In this document: piece after piece, positions 45,688-55,344 of the stretch | Numbering within the stretch: position 1 is the first letter of the stretch | Layout of the letters: each line of letters begins with the position of its first letter | Origin: Pseudomonadota bacterium | Lineage (GTDB): Bacteria; Pseudomonadota; Alphaproteobacteria; Rhodospirillales; Magnetospirillaceae | Assembly: GCA_021847015.1 (NCBI GenBank) | Contig: JAJZVW010000018.1 | Coordinates: forward strand, 2,860 to 66,859 | DNA length: 64,000 nucleotides | Direction of reading: 5' to 3' | Notes under the pieces: generated by a model | The model's input: the letters and a program-made list of their open reading frames with translations, nothing else | The model's database searches: none | What the model was told of the DNA's origin: nothing | Made by a program: the position numbers and the translations under genes

Positions 45688-48170
45688 GCCGGAGCCCTCC
45701 CGGCCAGCGCTTCCGGGACTTGGCCGCCGGCCAGAAATTCGGTCAGGCGGTCGGCCGGCATGGGGTAAGCGAACAGGAAGCCCTGCACCCAGGCGGCGCC
45801 ATGGGCGGTCAGGGCGGCGAATTGTTCCTCGGTTTCGATTCCGGTGCCCACCACCGCCATGTGAAGCCCGCGCGCCACGGCGACGATAGCACTGACGATC
45901 TCGGCGTCGTCGGTATTGGCGGCGAGGTTGTGCACGAACGTCTGGCTGATCTTGAGTGCGTTGGCGGGCAGCCGGCGCAGGAAGGTGAAGGACGAATACC
46001 CCGAGCCGAACTCGTCGATGGTGAGGTTGATCCCCAACGCGGCAAGCCGGGCGAACGCCCCGCCGGATTCGCCCGCCATGTCCACGACGCTGCTTTCGGG
46101 AATCTCGATGATGAGATTTTCCGGCGGCAGCCCGCTCGCCTCAAGGGCGGCGGCCACCCATTCCACCACCTCGGGCTCGTGCAGCTGGCGGGCGGAAAGA
46201 TTAACGGCAAGCTTGAGGCCGGCGTTCCCCCCCGCCCGCCAAGCGTTCGCCTGGCGGCAGCCCTCTTCCAGAACCCAGCGGCCGATGGGGACGATCAGCC
46301 CCGTTTCCTCGGCGAGCGGCAGGAACTGGCTCGGCACCACCATGCCCACGGCGGGGTGCCGCCACCGCAGCAGCGCCTCGACCGCCACCGTCGCGCCGGA
46401 GCGGGCATCGAAGACCGGCTGGTAGTACAATTCGAACTCGCGCCGTTCCAGCGCGCCGCGCAGGGCGCTTTCGAGGGCCATGCGCTCGAAGGCCTGGGCG
46501 CTGACGATTTCGGAATGGAACTGGCAGTTGTTGCGGCCGATTCGCTTGGCCTTGTACATGGCCTCGTCCGCCAGCTTGACCAGGCTCTGGGCATCGCCCG
46601 CGTCGGCGGGATAGAGCGCGACGCCGATCGAGGAGCTGATGGTGGCCGAGCGCCCGTCGAGATCGAACGGCTCGGCCAGCAGGCGCAGTATCTTCTGCGC
46701 CACCATCGCCGAATCCCGCGGATCGGCGAGATCTTCGAGAATGACCACGAACTCGTCCCCGGACAGGCGGGCCACGGTATCCCCCTGGCGGATGGCGCGG
46801 TTGACCCGTTCCGCCACCTGTTGCAGCAGCATGTCGCCGGCCAGGTGCCCGAAGGTGTCGTTGACCAGCTTGAAACGGTCGAGATCGATGAACAGCAGGG
46901 CGACGATGTTGCGGCTGCGGCCGGCCCGCGCCAGCGCGCGGCTGAGACGCTCCTGGAACAGCGTCCGGTTCGGCAGGCGCGTCAGGGGGTCGTGATTGGC
47001 GGCGTAGGACAGCCGCTCCTCGACCTCCTTGCGCGAGGTGATGTCGCTGATGACGGCAACGTAATTGACCACTCCCCCTCCGCCGCCGCGGACGGCGGCG
47101 ATGTTCTGCCAGCCGGCGAACATCTCGCCCGACTTGCGGCGGTCCCAGATTTCGCCCTGCCATTTGCCCTTGGCGTCCAAGGCCTGCCACATGCGGGCAT
47201 AGAAGTCGGGACCGTGCCGCCCCGACGCCAGGATGCTGGGATTCCGTCCCAGAACGTCTTCGGGCTGATAGCCGGTGATTTCGGTGAAGGCGCGGTTGAC
47301 ATGGATGATGCGCCGTTCCGCGTCGGTGATGAACAGCCCCTCGCCCGTGTTCTCGAAGACCGTGGCCGACAGGCGCAGGTGATCCTCGAGCCGCTTGCGG
47401 TCGGTGACGTCCTCCATCACGCCCACGAGGAAGCGGATGTCCTGGGTTTCCTCGTCGCGAACCGCGGTGACGGTGATCCGTCCCCAGACGATGCGCCCGT
47501 CCCTGGTCCGATAGCGTTGCTGCAACGTGTAGCTGTCGCGTTTCCCATCCGCCATTTCCGCCGCGGCTTCGTCCTCGCGGGCCACGTCTTCGGGATGGAC
47601 CAGATCGCGGATCGTCATGGCCTTGAGTTCCGCCTCGCCGTAGCCGAGGGTGGCGGAAAACGCCCGGTTGACCTCGACGAAATGGCCGTCGGGCTGGATC
47701 AGCACCACGCCCACCCCGGCGTTGGCGAAGACGGCGCGGAACCGCGCCTCGCTGCGGCGCAGTTCCTGATCCACGCGCGAACGCTCGATCGCATAGTGGA
47801 CGGAGCGGCACACCAGGTCGCTGTCCCCCACGCCCTTGACCAGGTAATCCTGCGCCCCCCTGCGCAGAGCCTCCAGCGCCAAACCCTCGTCGTTGGTTCC
47901 GGTCAGCACGACCACCGGCACCAGCGGATGGGCCGAGCGCAAGCGCTCCAGGGTTTCGATGCCGAAGGAATCCGGCAGCGAGAGGTCGAGGAGGACGGCG
48001 TCGATGTGCTCCGCGGCCAAAATCCCCAAGGCCGCGGCGAGGGTGTCGGCTATCCGCGCCTGGACGGGCCGGGCGCCTTCGCGCAGATAATGCTGGACCA
48101 GCCGGGAATCACCCGGATTGTCCTCCACGATGAGGACGGTCTTCGCGCCTGGGGCGCTACCGCGGACCAT
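45684..48170 (-). CDS. Response-regulator receiver / PAS / PAS / GGDEF / EAL multidomain c-di-GMP signalling protein
   Basis: REC (VLIVEDNPGD...AVLLDLSLPD), two PAS regions, a GGDEF domain with the variant motif SGDEF (RLSGDEFVVIL) and an EAL domain (VAVEALLRWRHP...DEFGSGYSS). Confidence 0.95.
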   Translation of the reverse strand: MVRGSAPGAKTVLIVEDNPGDSRLVQHYLREGARPVQARIADTLAAALGILAAEHIDAVLLDLSLPDSFGIETLERLRSAHPLVPVVVLTGTNDEGLALEALRRGAQDYLVKGVGDSDLVCRSVHYAIERSRVDQELRRSEARFRAVFANAGVGVVLIQPDGHFVEVNRAFSATLGYGEAELKAMTIRDLVHPEDVAREDEAAAEMADGKRDSYTLQQRYRTRDGRIVWGRITVTAVRDEETQDIRFLVGVMEDVTDRKRLEDHLRLSATVFENTGEGLFITDAERRIIHVNRAFTEITGYQPEDVLGRNPSILASGRHGPDFYARMWQALDAKGKWQGEIWDRRKSGEMFAGWQNIAAVRGGGGGVVNYVAVISDITSRKEVEERLSYAANHDPLTRLPNRTLFQERLSRALARAGRSRNIVALLFIDLDRFKLVNDTFGHLAGDMLLQQVAERVNRAIRQGDTVARLSGDEFVVILEDLADPRDSAMVAQKILRLLAEPFDLDGRSATISSSIGVALYPADAGDAQSLVKLADEAMYKAKRIGRNNCQFHSEIVSAQAFERMALESALRGALERREFELYYQPVFDARSGATVAVEALLRWRHPAVGMVVPSQFLPLAEETGLIVPIGRWVLEEGCRQANAWRAGGNAGLKLAVNLSARQLHEPEVVEWVAAALEASGLPPENLIIEIPESSVVDMAGESGGAFARLAALGINLTIDEFGSGYSSFTFLRRLPANALKISQTFVHNLAANTDDAEIVSAIVAVARGLHMAVVGTGIETEEQFAALTAHGAAWVQGFLFAYPMPADRLTEFLAGGQVPEALAGRAPA

Positions 48171-48173
48171 GGC

Positions 48174-48617
48174 TTACCGCGGCGGCAGCGTGACGATCGA
48201 ACACCAATATTCCTCGATGGACTGAACCACGTCGATGAAACGGTCGAGATCGACCGGCTTGGTGATATAGCAATTGGCATGGAGTTCGTAGCTGTGCACG
48301 ACGTCCTGCTCGGCCTGCGACGTCGTCAGCACCACGACCGGGATACGGCACAGACCGGGGTCCGACTTCATTTCCTTCAGGACCTGGCGCCCGTCCTTGC
48401 GTGGAAGGTTAAGGTCGAGCAGGACCAGATGCGGGCGGCGCGCGGACGCGTACTCACCCTCCTGCCGCAGAAAGCTCATCGCCTCGACGCCGTCCACCAC
48501 CACGTCGAGTCTGGTAGGAAAACGACCCTCTTTCAGGGCCTCCTGCGCCAGCCGGGCATCGCCGGGATTGTCCTCGACCAGAAGAATGTCAAAGGCGTCG
48601 GGAATGGTGCGGTTCAA
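48174..48617 (-). CDS. Single-domain CheY-like response regulator
   Basis: [14 protein letters not shown]...[13 protein letters not shown]...PVVVLTTS...ANCYITKP. Its stop lies 3 nt upstream of the next gene. Confidence 0.95.
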   Translation of the reverse strand: MNRTIPDAFDILLVEDNPGDARLAQEALKEGRFPTRLDVVVDGVEAMSFLRQEGEYASARRPHLVLLDLNLPRKDGRQVLKEMKSDPGLCRIPVVVLTTSQAEQDVVHSYELHANCYITKPVDLDRFIDVVQSIEEYWCSIVTLPPR

Positions 48618-48784
48618 TGACGCTGCTCCATCAGAGCCGGACGGACTTCACTATAATTCGGCTAACCCCCTATGCAAAGCCAGTACGGAACGGGCGCCGC
48701 AAGGGGGGTTGACCATCGTCAATCAAAATCAATATCAGAAGTCCATAATAGGACTCATTAAAAATGAGCCGATGGAGGAGGATT

Positions 48785-49090
48785 ATGGTCCGCACCGACA
48801 CCGAAGGCTATCTCATCGATCCGGCCGAATGGAGCGAGGACGTCGCGCGCGAGTTGGCGGGACGCGAGGGGATCACCCTGACGGACGAGCACTGGGAAGC
48901 GTTGAAGTTCATGCGCGCCTATCTCGACGAGCATCAGATCGCGCCCGACGTCCGCCACGTCATGAAGCACTTGGCCGATTTCCGCGGCACCGGCCGCAAC
49001 CGCATATTCGAATTGTTTCCTTACGGCTACGTCCAGCAGGCCTGCAAGATCGCCGGCATGAAGCGCCCGCGGGCCTGGAGCACGGGCTGA
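48785..49090 (+). CDS. DsrC/TusE-family protein lacking the C-terminal catalytic cysteine
   Basis: MVRTDTEGYLIDPAEWSEDVARELAGREGITLTDEHWEALKFMRAYLDEH...ELFPYGYVQQACKIAGMKRPRAWSTG. GGAGGAGG lies upstream of the ATG at 48785. The tail is PRAWSTG where DsrC/TusE have ..P.GC(V/I). Confidence 0.85.
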   Translation: MVRTDTEGYLIDPAEWSEDVARELAGREGITLTDEHWEALKFMRAYLDEHQIAPDVRHVMKHLADFRGTGRNRIFELFPYGYVQQACKIAGMKRPRAWSTG

Positions 49091-49098
49091 GGACGGCG

Positions 49099-49485
49099 AT
49101 GACCGAGGAATTGGCCTGGACCCGGCCCGTTCACCCCAGCCATGTACGCTCCATCGCGGTGAACGGCCGGTCCGTCCTAACCGACAGCGAGGGCTATCTT
49201 GTCGACCGCGCCGAATGGTCCGAGGACTTCGCCCGGGCGCTGGCCGCGCATGAGGGCATCGCGCTCACCGACGAGCATTGGCAGGTGATCGCCTTCATCC
49301 GCGACCACCTCAAGCGCAAAGGCCGCCACCCTTCCGTTCGGCAGATGATCAAGCATTTCCGCCTCGCGTGGGGCCCGGAGAAGGGGGAAGGCGCCTACCT
49401 TTTCGCCCTTTTCGAGAGAGGCGGCGGTCCCCAGAAGCTGGGCAACCGCCTGGCCGGCGCACCGCGCATGCCGTCGGAGGGGTAG
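49099..49485 (+). CDS. DsrC/TusE-family protein, second divergent tandem copy lacking both conserved cysteines
   Basis: ...IAVNGRSVLTDSEGYLVDRAEWSEDFARALAAHEGIALTDEHWQVIAFIRDHLKRKG...YLFALFERGGGPQKLGNRLAGAPRMPSEG. The ATG at 49099 is in frame with track ORF 48397..49485. Confidence 0.8.
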   Translation: MTEELAWTRPVHPSHVRSIAVNGRSVLTDSEGYLVDRAEWSEDFARALAAHEGIALTDEHWQVIAFIRDHLKRKGRHPSVRQMIKHFRLAWGPEKGEGAYLFALFERGGGPQKLGNRLAGAPRMPSEG

Positions 49486-49648
49486 CGCCGCGTCCGAAGG
49501 TGGGCAAGCCCCACGAATGGGAACGGATGCCCCGTCGCCGGCCGGAACCTTCCCCCGACCAGGGCGTTTGGCCTTTCGACGAGCGGCGAGTCGGGTAGCA
49601 CTTCCGCACCCGCCGTTCCCCCCGAAAGCGTCGACAGGAGGAGCAGAC

Positions 49649-49849
49649 ATGCCTCTCGCCAGCCATTCGACCGCGACCATCGCCCAGGTTTTGTCGGGCA
49701 TCGACTTCCCCGCCAACAAGCAGAAACTGGTCGATTACGCCCGGAAGAACAACGCCGACCCGGAAGTGCTGGAGACCATCCGGCATATGCCGGAAGCCGA
49801 GTACACCAGCATGGCGGATGTCTTCAAAGGAGTCGGCCAGAGCCACTGA
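49649..49849 (+). CDS. DUF2795 domain protein
   Basis: 66 aa: IAQVLSGIDFPANKQKLVDYARKNNADPEVLETIRHMPEAEYTSMADVFKGV. AGGAGGAG lies upstream of the ATG at 49649. Confidence 0.8.
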   Translation: MPLASHSTATIAQVLSGIDFPANKQKLVDYARKNNADPEVLETIRHMPEAEYTSMADVFKGVGQSH

Positions 49850-49903
49850 ACGCGGCGACAGAGTCCCCGCCGCCCGGCGACCGTGGGCGGTGGGGCCTCT
49901 GCG

Positions 49904-51523
49904 TCACGCCTCCCGCATCTCGGGCGGGGCGCGGAAGGAAAAGGCTGCGGGAGCGGCCATGACCGAGGCGCGGGCCCGCGCGAAGCGGGCGCGGAGGCCG
50001 TCCGGAAGGTGGGAGGTCCCGCCCGCCGCGCGCGCGATCTCCAGCAGGGACGGCATCCCCTTCTCGCCCCCGTCGACCTCGGCCCCGCCCCGCTCGGCCG
50101 CTTGCAGCAGCGCCCGGACCAGCGCCTGCTTGGCCGCCACCACCTCCTTGCGGGCCGCATCCAGGGCCTCGTCCTTCCCGGCGTCCGCGAACAGCGTCAC
50201 CCGGTGGTGCGGGTCGATGCCGTGGGGCGACAGGTGGCCGTAAGCGGAAATCTCGACGTCGACGGAGCCCGCGAACCGGCTGGCCAGCGCGCCGATGGTC
50301 TCGCGATACTCGGCATAGGCGCCCAGGATGTCGGCGATGGTTCCCGTCTCGGCCGGCGCCCGCACGTTCACGTCGGTCGAGGCCGTCCAGGGTTTGAGCC
50401 GCCCCTCGGGCTGAACGCGGGCGCGGGTGCGCGCCAAATCCGGCGCGGCTTCGCGGATCGCCCGGAAGGTGTCCATTTCGGCACCCGACGAAAACCCGAC
50501 GCCGAATTCGATGGTCACGCCGCCAATGGTCTCCGTTTCGGGGTCCATCAGGCTGAACAGCACGTCGTCCACCGACAGTCCGGACCAGCCGGTCAGGCAG
50601 GCGAGCATGTCCGCCCCGGCGTATTCGCAGGACTGCAACAGGCCCTGGGCCTTGGTGCGGGCCGGCTCCTGCGCCTGGGCGATGAACGCCTCAAGGGAAT
50701 CCCGGCTGACCAGCTCGATGCCGTTCACCACGGTCTCGCCGTCCAGGCCGGCGCCCGCGGCCGGAAGCGCGATCCTGGTCCACGGCTCGATATAGGCCAG
50801 CAGGCCGGCCATGGTGTCCACGTCGCTGCCCTGGATCGGCAGCACCAGCCCGAACTCGTTGGCGGGCACGCGGAAGAAGCGCAGCACCGCCGCCGCCACC
50901 ATGCCGGTCCAGCCCTGCATTCCCTCGACGGTGTCGATGGCATCGCCGCCAACCAGACGGGGCTCGCCGCCGTCCGCCACCACGACCGCCTCCAGCGTCG
51001 CCGACGGCCGCAGGCGCAACGGTCCCATGCCGCCGGTGGCCACCACGCCGCCAACGTAGGCCGACCCCACGCTGGTGAGGTCCACCATGACGCGGGCGCC
51101 CGGCCCCAGGACCTCCGCCAGCGCGGCATCGACCTGGGCGAAAGTGAGGCCGGCGCCCGCGGCCACCAGCCCGCGTTCGGCGTCGATGGCCACCTGGTGG
51201 CTGGCCAGGAGGTGCGGGGGAGTGGCCGGATCGATTATTTCGGCGGCCAGCGCGCCCTTGGGACGGACGGCAACCACGTCGCGGAAGCCGGCCACGCGGT
51301 CGGGCGCATAGTCGAACGACCCGATGGCGCTGGTCAGCCCGCCGGCCGGCATCACCGCGTAGCCCTGGCGTACGGCATCCGCCACCGCCGAGGCGATGTC
51401 GGCGGTCACCAGCAGCAGGGCATCGAGCCGGCGCCCCCCGTCATCGACCAGTTCGGCACGGTGAAGGCTAGCGAAATCAATGGCTTGCGTGGATACCGAG
51501 GTCATGGGGCCGGCTTGGTCCAA
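49904..51523 (-). CDS. FAD-binding (PCMH-type) oxidoreductase, GlcD/D-lactate dehydrogenase-like
   Basis: 539 aa. N-terminal FAD_binding_4-like blocks ([39 protein letters not shown]). The assignment is tentative. Confidence 0.65.
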   Translation of the reverse strand: MDQAGPMTSVSTQAIDFASLHRAELVDDGGRRLDALLLVTADIASAVADAVRQGYAVMPAGGLTSAIGSFDYAPDRVAGFRDVVAVRPKGALAAEIIDPATPPHLLASHQVAIDAERGLVAAGAGLTFAQVDAALAEVLGPGARVMVDLTSVGSAYVGGVVATGGMGPLRLRPSATLEAVVVADGGEPRLVGGDAIDTVEGMQGWTGMVAAAVLRFFRVPANEFGLVLPIQGSDVDTMAGLLAYIEPWTRIALPAAGAGLDGETVVNGIELVSRDSLEAFIAQAQEPARTKAQGLLQSCEYAGADMLACLTGWSGLSVDDVLFSLMDPETETIGGVTIEFGVGFSSGAEMDTFRAIREAAPDLARTRARVQPEGRLKPWTASTDVNVRAPAETGTIADILGAYAEYRETIGALASRFAGSVDVEISAYGHLSPHGIDPHHRVTLFADAGKDEALDAARKEVVAAKQALVRALLQAAERGGAEVDGGEKGMPSLLEIARAAGGTSHLPDGLRARFARARASVMAAPAAFSFRAPPEMREA

Positions 51524-51674
51524 CGGGAAGGCGCCGACAATAGCACCAACGATGGGCCGGGAAAAACCCTCGATGCGCCCTCGCTCACGCTCTCATTCCG
51601 ACCGAGCGCGAGCGGGAGGAGGGATCGTTCACGCAGGGTGCCGGAACGGTCCTTCGGCGGCGCCGGAGCCAACC

Positions 51675-52973
51675 TCAGCGCAAGAGGCCGTCGAGGGCGT
51701 AGATGATCACCCCCACCACCCCGCCCACCAGCGTGCCGTTGATGCGGATGTACTGGAGGTCCTTGCCGACCTGCACTTCCAGCTTCGACACCAGGGTCCG
51801 GGAATCCCAGCGGGCGACCACGCCGGCGATGAAGGCGCCGATCTCGCCGCGGTTGGGGATGATGTAGCGATCCACCCCGCGCCGCACCCATCGGTTGAGA
51901 ATGGACTGCATCCGCGCATCCTCCCTGAGCCGGCCGCCCAGCGCCAGCAGCGCCTCCTCCAGCCCGCGGCGCAGCACGCCGCCGTCGTCGTTGATGTCCC
52001 GTACCAGCCGCGCCTTTATCTCGGCCCACAGGGAATCGAGGTAGTCCTCCAACAGGGGATTGGCGAGGACCTCCGCCTTGATGGCCTCGCCGCGGGCGCG
52101 AAGCGCCTCGTCGGTGGCGAGCCGGCGGATGAACTCCTCGACGGCCGACTGGAACTCGCCCCGCCAAGCGTGATCGGGGGCGCGGAGTTCATGGACCGTC
52201 TCCAGCAGACCGTTCATCACCTTGTCGGCCAGCTTCTCATCGACCCACTTGGGAAGCCATTTCCAGCTCCGGGTGGACACCTTGGCCCGAATCACCCCCT
52301 CGTTGCGGATCAGGAAGTCCTCGGCGGCGGCGATGCCTTGGTCGAACAGGGCCTGATGGTGGCCATGGGCGACCAGCACCGACAGCACGCGCGCCGCCAG
52401 CGGCGACACCGCCACCGATTCGACCCCGCGGCGCATGACCCCGCGCACGAAATAGCGGACGTCGTCCTCTTCGAGCGCCGCCAGCATCGGAGGAAGAACA
52501 CCGGCCAGGCGCTTGGCGAGGAACGCCGCGTTGGCGCGGTCGCACAGCCAGTCGGCGACCTTGGTGGCCGCTTCCATGCTGTCGATCCGGTGCGCCACCA
52601 CCTCGGGCGCCAGGAAGTTGTTGCAGATGAACGAGCCCAGCGAATCGCCGATGCGCTCCTTGTTCTTGGGAATGATGGCGGTGTGCGGGATCGGCACCCC
52701 GAACGGATGGCGGAACAGCGCGACCACCGCGAACCAGTCGGCGCACGCGCCCACCATCCCCGCCTCGGCGAAGGCGCGCACGAAAGCCAGGCCGGGCCAG
52801 CGCGCCATCAGCATCGTGGTCGCCACGAACACCGCCAGCATGGCCACCAGCAGGCCCGTGGCCAGGGCGCGCATGCGCCCCAGTTCCATGAGCCGCTGGC
52901 GCGTCCGCTCGTTGACCGCGGCTGCATCGAGCAGCCGCGCCACCTCCTTGGATTTGCCCAATGGCGCCGCCAT
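51675..52973 (-). CDS. DUF445 family membrane protein
   Basis: CADWFAVVALFRHPFGVPIPHTAIIPKNKERIG is the DUF445 signature. The C-terminal NGTLVGGVVGVIIY is a TM segment. Confidence 0.85.
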   Translation of the reverse strand: MAAPLGKSKEVARLLDAAAVNERTRQRLMELGRMRALATGLLVAMLAVFVATTMLMARWPGLAFVRAFAEAGMVGACADWFAVVALFRHPFGVPIPHTAIIPKNKERIGDSLGSFICNNFLAPEVVAHRIDSMEAATKVADWLCDRANAAFLAKRLAGVLPPMLAALEEDDVRYFVRGVMRRGVESVAVSPLAARVLSVLVAHGHHQALFDQGIAAAEDFLIRNEGVIRAKVSTRSWKWLPKWVDEKLADKVMNGLLETVHELRAPDHAWRGEFQSAVEEFIRRLATDEALRARGEAIKAEVLANPLLEDYLDSLWAEIKARLVRDINDDGGVLRRGLEEALLALGGRLREDARMQSILNRWVRRGVDRYIIPNRGEIGAFIAGVVARWDSRTLVSKLEVQVGKDLQYIRINGTLVGGVVGVIIYALDGLLR

Positions 52974-53016
52974 ATCATCCTCTGGGAAAGATCGTCAACG
53001 CCGGTTCCGGACCATC

Positions 53017-54201
53017 ATGCGCGACGGCAACGGCCGCAGGAGCATCGCGGTGCTCAACCGCATCGCCGACATCGCGTCGGCGGAGTGGGACGCCTGCGCG
53101 GGAACCGACACCCCATTCGTCACGCACGCCTTTCTCGAGGCGCTCGAAAGCTCCGGCTCGGCGGCCGCAAAGACCGGCTGGCTTCCTCGGCATTTGGTGG
53201 TGCGCGACTCCGGCGGCAAGGTGGTGGGCTGCGCGCCATTGTATCTCAAGAGCCATTCCCTGGGTGAATACGTGTTCGATTGGGGCTGGGCCGATGCCTA
53301 TGAGCGCGCGGGGGGTAGCTATTATCCCAAGCTGCAATGCGCCGTCCCCTTCACCCCCGTCACCGGCCCGCGGCTGATGGTGCGGGCCGGCGAAGCGCCG
53401 GAGCCGGTCGTGCAGGCCCTGACCGGCGGCCTGCTCGCGCTGGCGCGGGACATGGCGGTGTCGTCCCTGCACGTCACCTTCCCCACCGGCGCCGAGGCCC
53501 TGCGGCTGGAGAGGGCCGGTTTCCTGCTGCGCCTCGGCTACCAGTACCACTGGGAGAACCGGGGCTACGGAAGCTTCGACGATTTCCTCGCCGCCCTGTC
53601 GTCGCGCAAGCGCAAGCAGGTGCGCCGCGAGCGCGACGCGGTAGCGGCCGGCGGGTTGCGCCTGACCACCCTGGCCGGCGGCGAGGTGACGGCGCGGCAC
53701 TGGGACGCCTTCCACCGCCTTTATCGCGCCACAACCGGCCGCAAATGGGGCGAGGCCTATCTGACACGCCCGTTCTTCGAACGGCTGTCGGCATCGGCCC
53801 TGGGAGACAGGGTGGTGCTGATGATGGCCTATGACGGCGGCACGCCGATCGCCGCCGCCTTCAGCATGCTGGGCGGCGACACCCTGTTCGGCCGCAACTG
53901 GGGCGCGGCCGGCGAGGTGCCGTTCCTGCATTTCGAGCTGTGCTACTACCGGGCGCTGGATTTCGCCATCGCCCACGGCCTCAAGCGCGTCGAGGCCGGC
54001 GCCCAGGGCGAACACAAGGTCAGCCGCGGCTACCGGCCCGCCGCCACCTGGTCCGCCCACTGGATCGCCGACCCGGCGTTCCGGACGCGAATCGCCCACT
54101 TTCTCGCCGACGAGCGGCCGCTGGTGGCGGAGGACATGGCCGAACAGGCGGCCGCCGGCCCCTACCGCCGCGACACTCCCTATTCCAGTTCGATGGAGTA
54201 A
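53017..54201 (+). CDS. GNAT-fold N-acetyltransferase-like protein (DUF482/FemAB-like)
   Basis: SAEWDACAG..PFVTHAFLEALESSGS...GWLPRHL...SLGEYVFDWGWADAYERAG..YYPKLQCAVPFTPVTGPR is the conserved alphaproteobacterial DUF482 pattern. The ATG at 53017 is in frame with the track ORF. Confidence 0.8.
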   Translation: MRDGNGRRSIAVLNRIADIASAEWDACAGTDTPFVTHAFLEALESSGSAAAKTGWLPRHLVVRDSGGKVVGCAPLYLKSHSLGEYVFDWGWADAYERAGGSYYPKLQCAVPFTPVTGPRLMVRAGEAPEPVVQALTGGLLALARDMAVSSLHVTFPTGAEALRLERAGFLLRLGYQYHWENRGYGSFDDFLAALSSRKRKQVRRERDAVAAGGLRLTTLAGGEVTARHWDAFHRLYRATTGRKWGEAYLTRPFFERLSASALGDRVVLMMAYDGGTPIAAAFSMLGGDTLFGRNWGAAGEVPFLHFELCYYRALDFAIAHGLKRVEAGAQGEHKVSRGYRPAATWSAHWIADPAFRTRIAHFLADERPLVAEDMAEQAAAGPYRRDTPYSSSME

Positions 54202-54419
54202 TTCTCGATCACGGTGTTGGCGAGCAGCGACTTGCACATCTGCTCGACCGACGCGCGCGCCTTGTCGCGGTCGGTCTCGTCCAGCGTCATCTCGATGTAC
54301 TTGCCTTGCCGAACGTCGCCGACGCCGGAGAACCCCAGCGAAGCCAGAGCGTGCCCGACCGCCTTGCCCTGGGGATCAAGCACGCCGTTCTTCAAAGTGA
54401 TGTGGACCTTGGCCTTCAC
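54180..54419 (-). CDS. purS: Phosphoribosylformylglycinamidine synthase subunit PurS
   Basis: 79 aa: (V->M)KAKVHITLKNGVLDPQGKAVGHALASLGFSGVGDVRQGKYIEMTLDE. GTG start at 54419 with AGGAG upstream. Embedded in the spurious long track ORF 54180..55370. Confidence 0.9.
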   Translation of the reverse strand: MKAKVHITLKNGVLDPQGKAVGHALASLGFSGVGDVRQGKYIEMTLDETDRDKARASVEQMCKSLLANTVIENYSIELE

Positions 54420-54436
54420 GTCGTCGCTCCTCATCC

Positions 54437-55201
54437 TCACTGCATGGTCTGGGGACCTTTGAGGTCCCTGGGGCCGCCCTCGGGCAGGATGCCGAGGCGG
54501 CGGGCAACTTCCTGGTAGGCTTCCTCGACGTTGCCGAGGTCGCGGCGGAAGCGGTCCTTGTCCATCCGCTCGCCGGTCTTGATGTCCCACAGGCGGCAAT
54601 TGTCGGGGCTGATCTCGTCGGCCAGGATGATCTGCATGTCGTCGCCCGTGTAAAGGCGCCCGAACTCGACACGGAAATCGACCAGCCGCAATCCGGTGCC
54701 CAGGAACAGGCCCGACAGGAAATCGTTGATGCGCAAGGCAAGCGACATGATCTCGTCGAGATCCTGGGTGGTCGCCCAGCCGAAGGCGGTGATGTGCTCT
54801 TCGCTGACCATGGGGTCGTCCAGCGCGTCGGACTTGAAATAGTACTCGACGATGGAGCGCGGCAGCGGCGTGCCTTCCGACAGGCCGAACCGCTGGGCCA
54901 GGGACCCCGCGGCGACGTTGCGCACCATCACCTCCAGCGGGATGATCTCCACCTCGCGAACCAATTGCTCGCGCATGTTGAGGCGGCGCACGAGATGGGT
55001 GGGAATGCCCATCTCGCCCAGCTTCAGCATGAGATATTCGCTGATCCGGTTGTTCAGCACGCCCTTGCCGGTGATGGTGCCCTTCTTCTTGTTGCTGAAG
55101 GCCGAGGCATCGTCCTTGAAGTACTGGACCAGGGTGCCGGGCTCGGGGCCTTCGAACAGGACCTTGGCCTTGCCTTCGTATATCTGCCTGCGTCTGGCCA
55201 T
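54437..55201 (-). CDS. purC: SAICAR synthase (canonical short form)
   Basis: [35 protein letters not shown]...[14 protein letters not shown]...LVDFRVEFG...[18 protein letters not shown] at 55201. Confidence 0.95.
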   Translation of the reverse strand: MARRRQIYEGKAKVLFEGPEPGTLVQYFKDDASAFSNKKKGTITGKGVLNNRISEYLMLKLGEMGIPTHLVRRLNMREQLVREVEIIPLEVMVRNVAAGSLAQRFGLSEGTPLPRSIVEYYFKSDALDDPMVSEEHITAFGWATTQDLDEIMSLALRINDFLSGLFLGTGLRLVDFRVEFGRLYTGDDMQIILADEISPDNCRLWDIKTGERMDKDRFRRDLGNVEEAYQEVARRLGILPEGGPRDLKGPQTMQ

Positions 55202-55344
55202 GGGGTGCACCGGATGAGAAAGCGCGCATGGCGCGCGGGGGGAGTGGGCGGGATGCGCGGAAGGCGCGGAAACAGTCCGCACGAGCACGCCCCGCCGGAT
55301 CGAACAGATTTGATATAGCAGGGAAGACCGGGGGTGACAACGTG

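Noticed and set aside
45720-48620. 966-aa plus-strand ORF, the longest in this region of the track
   Set aside because: It lies antisense to two well-supported minus-strand genes (REC-PAS-GGDEF-EAL and a CheY-like regulator) and spans their boundary. Its composition is Arg/Gly/Ala/Pro/His-biased and it has no recognisable motif. This is a typical high-GC shadow ORF.
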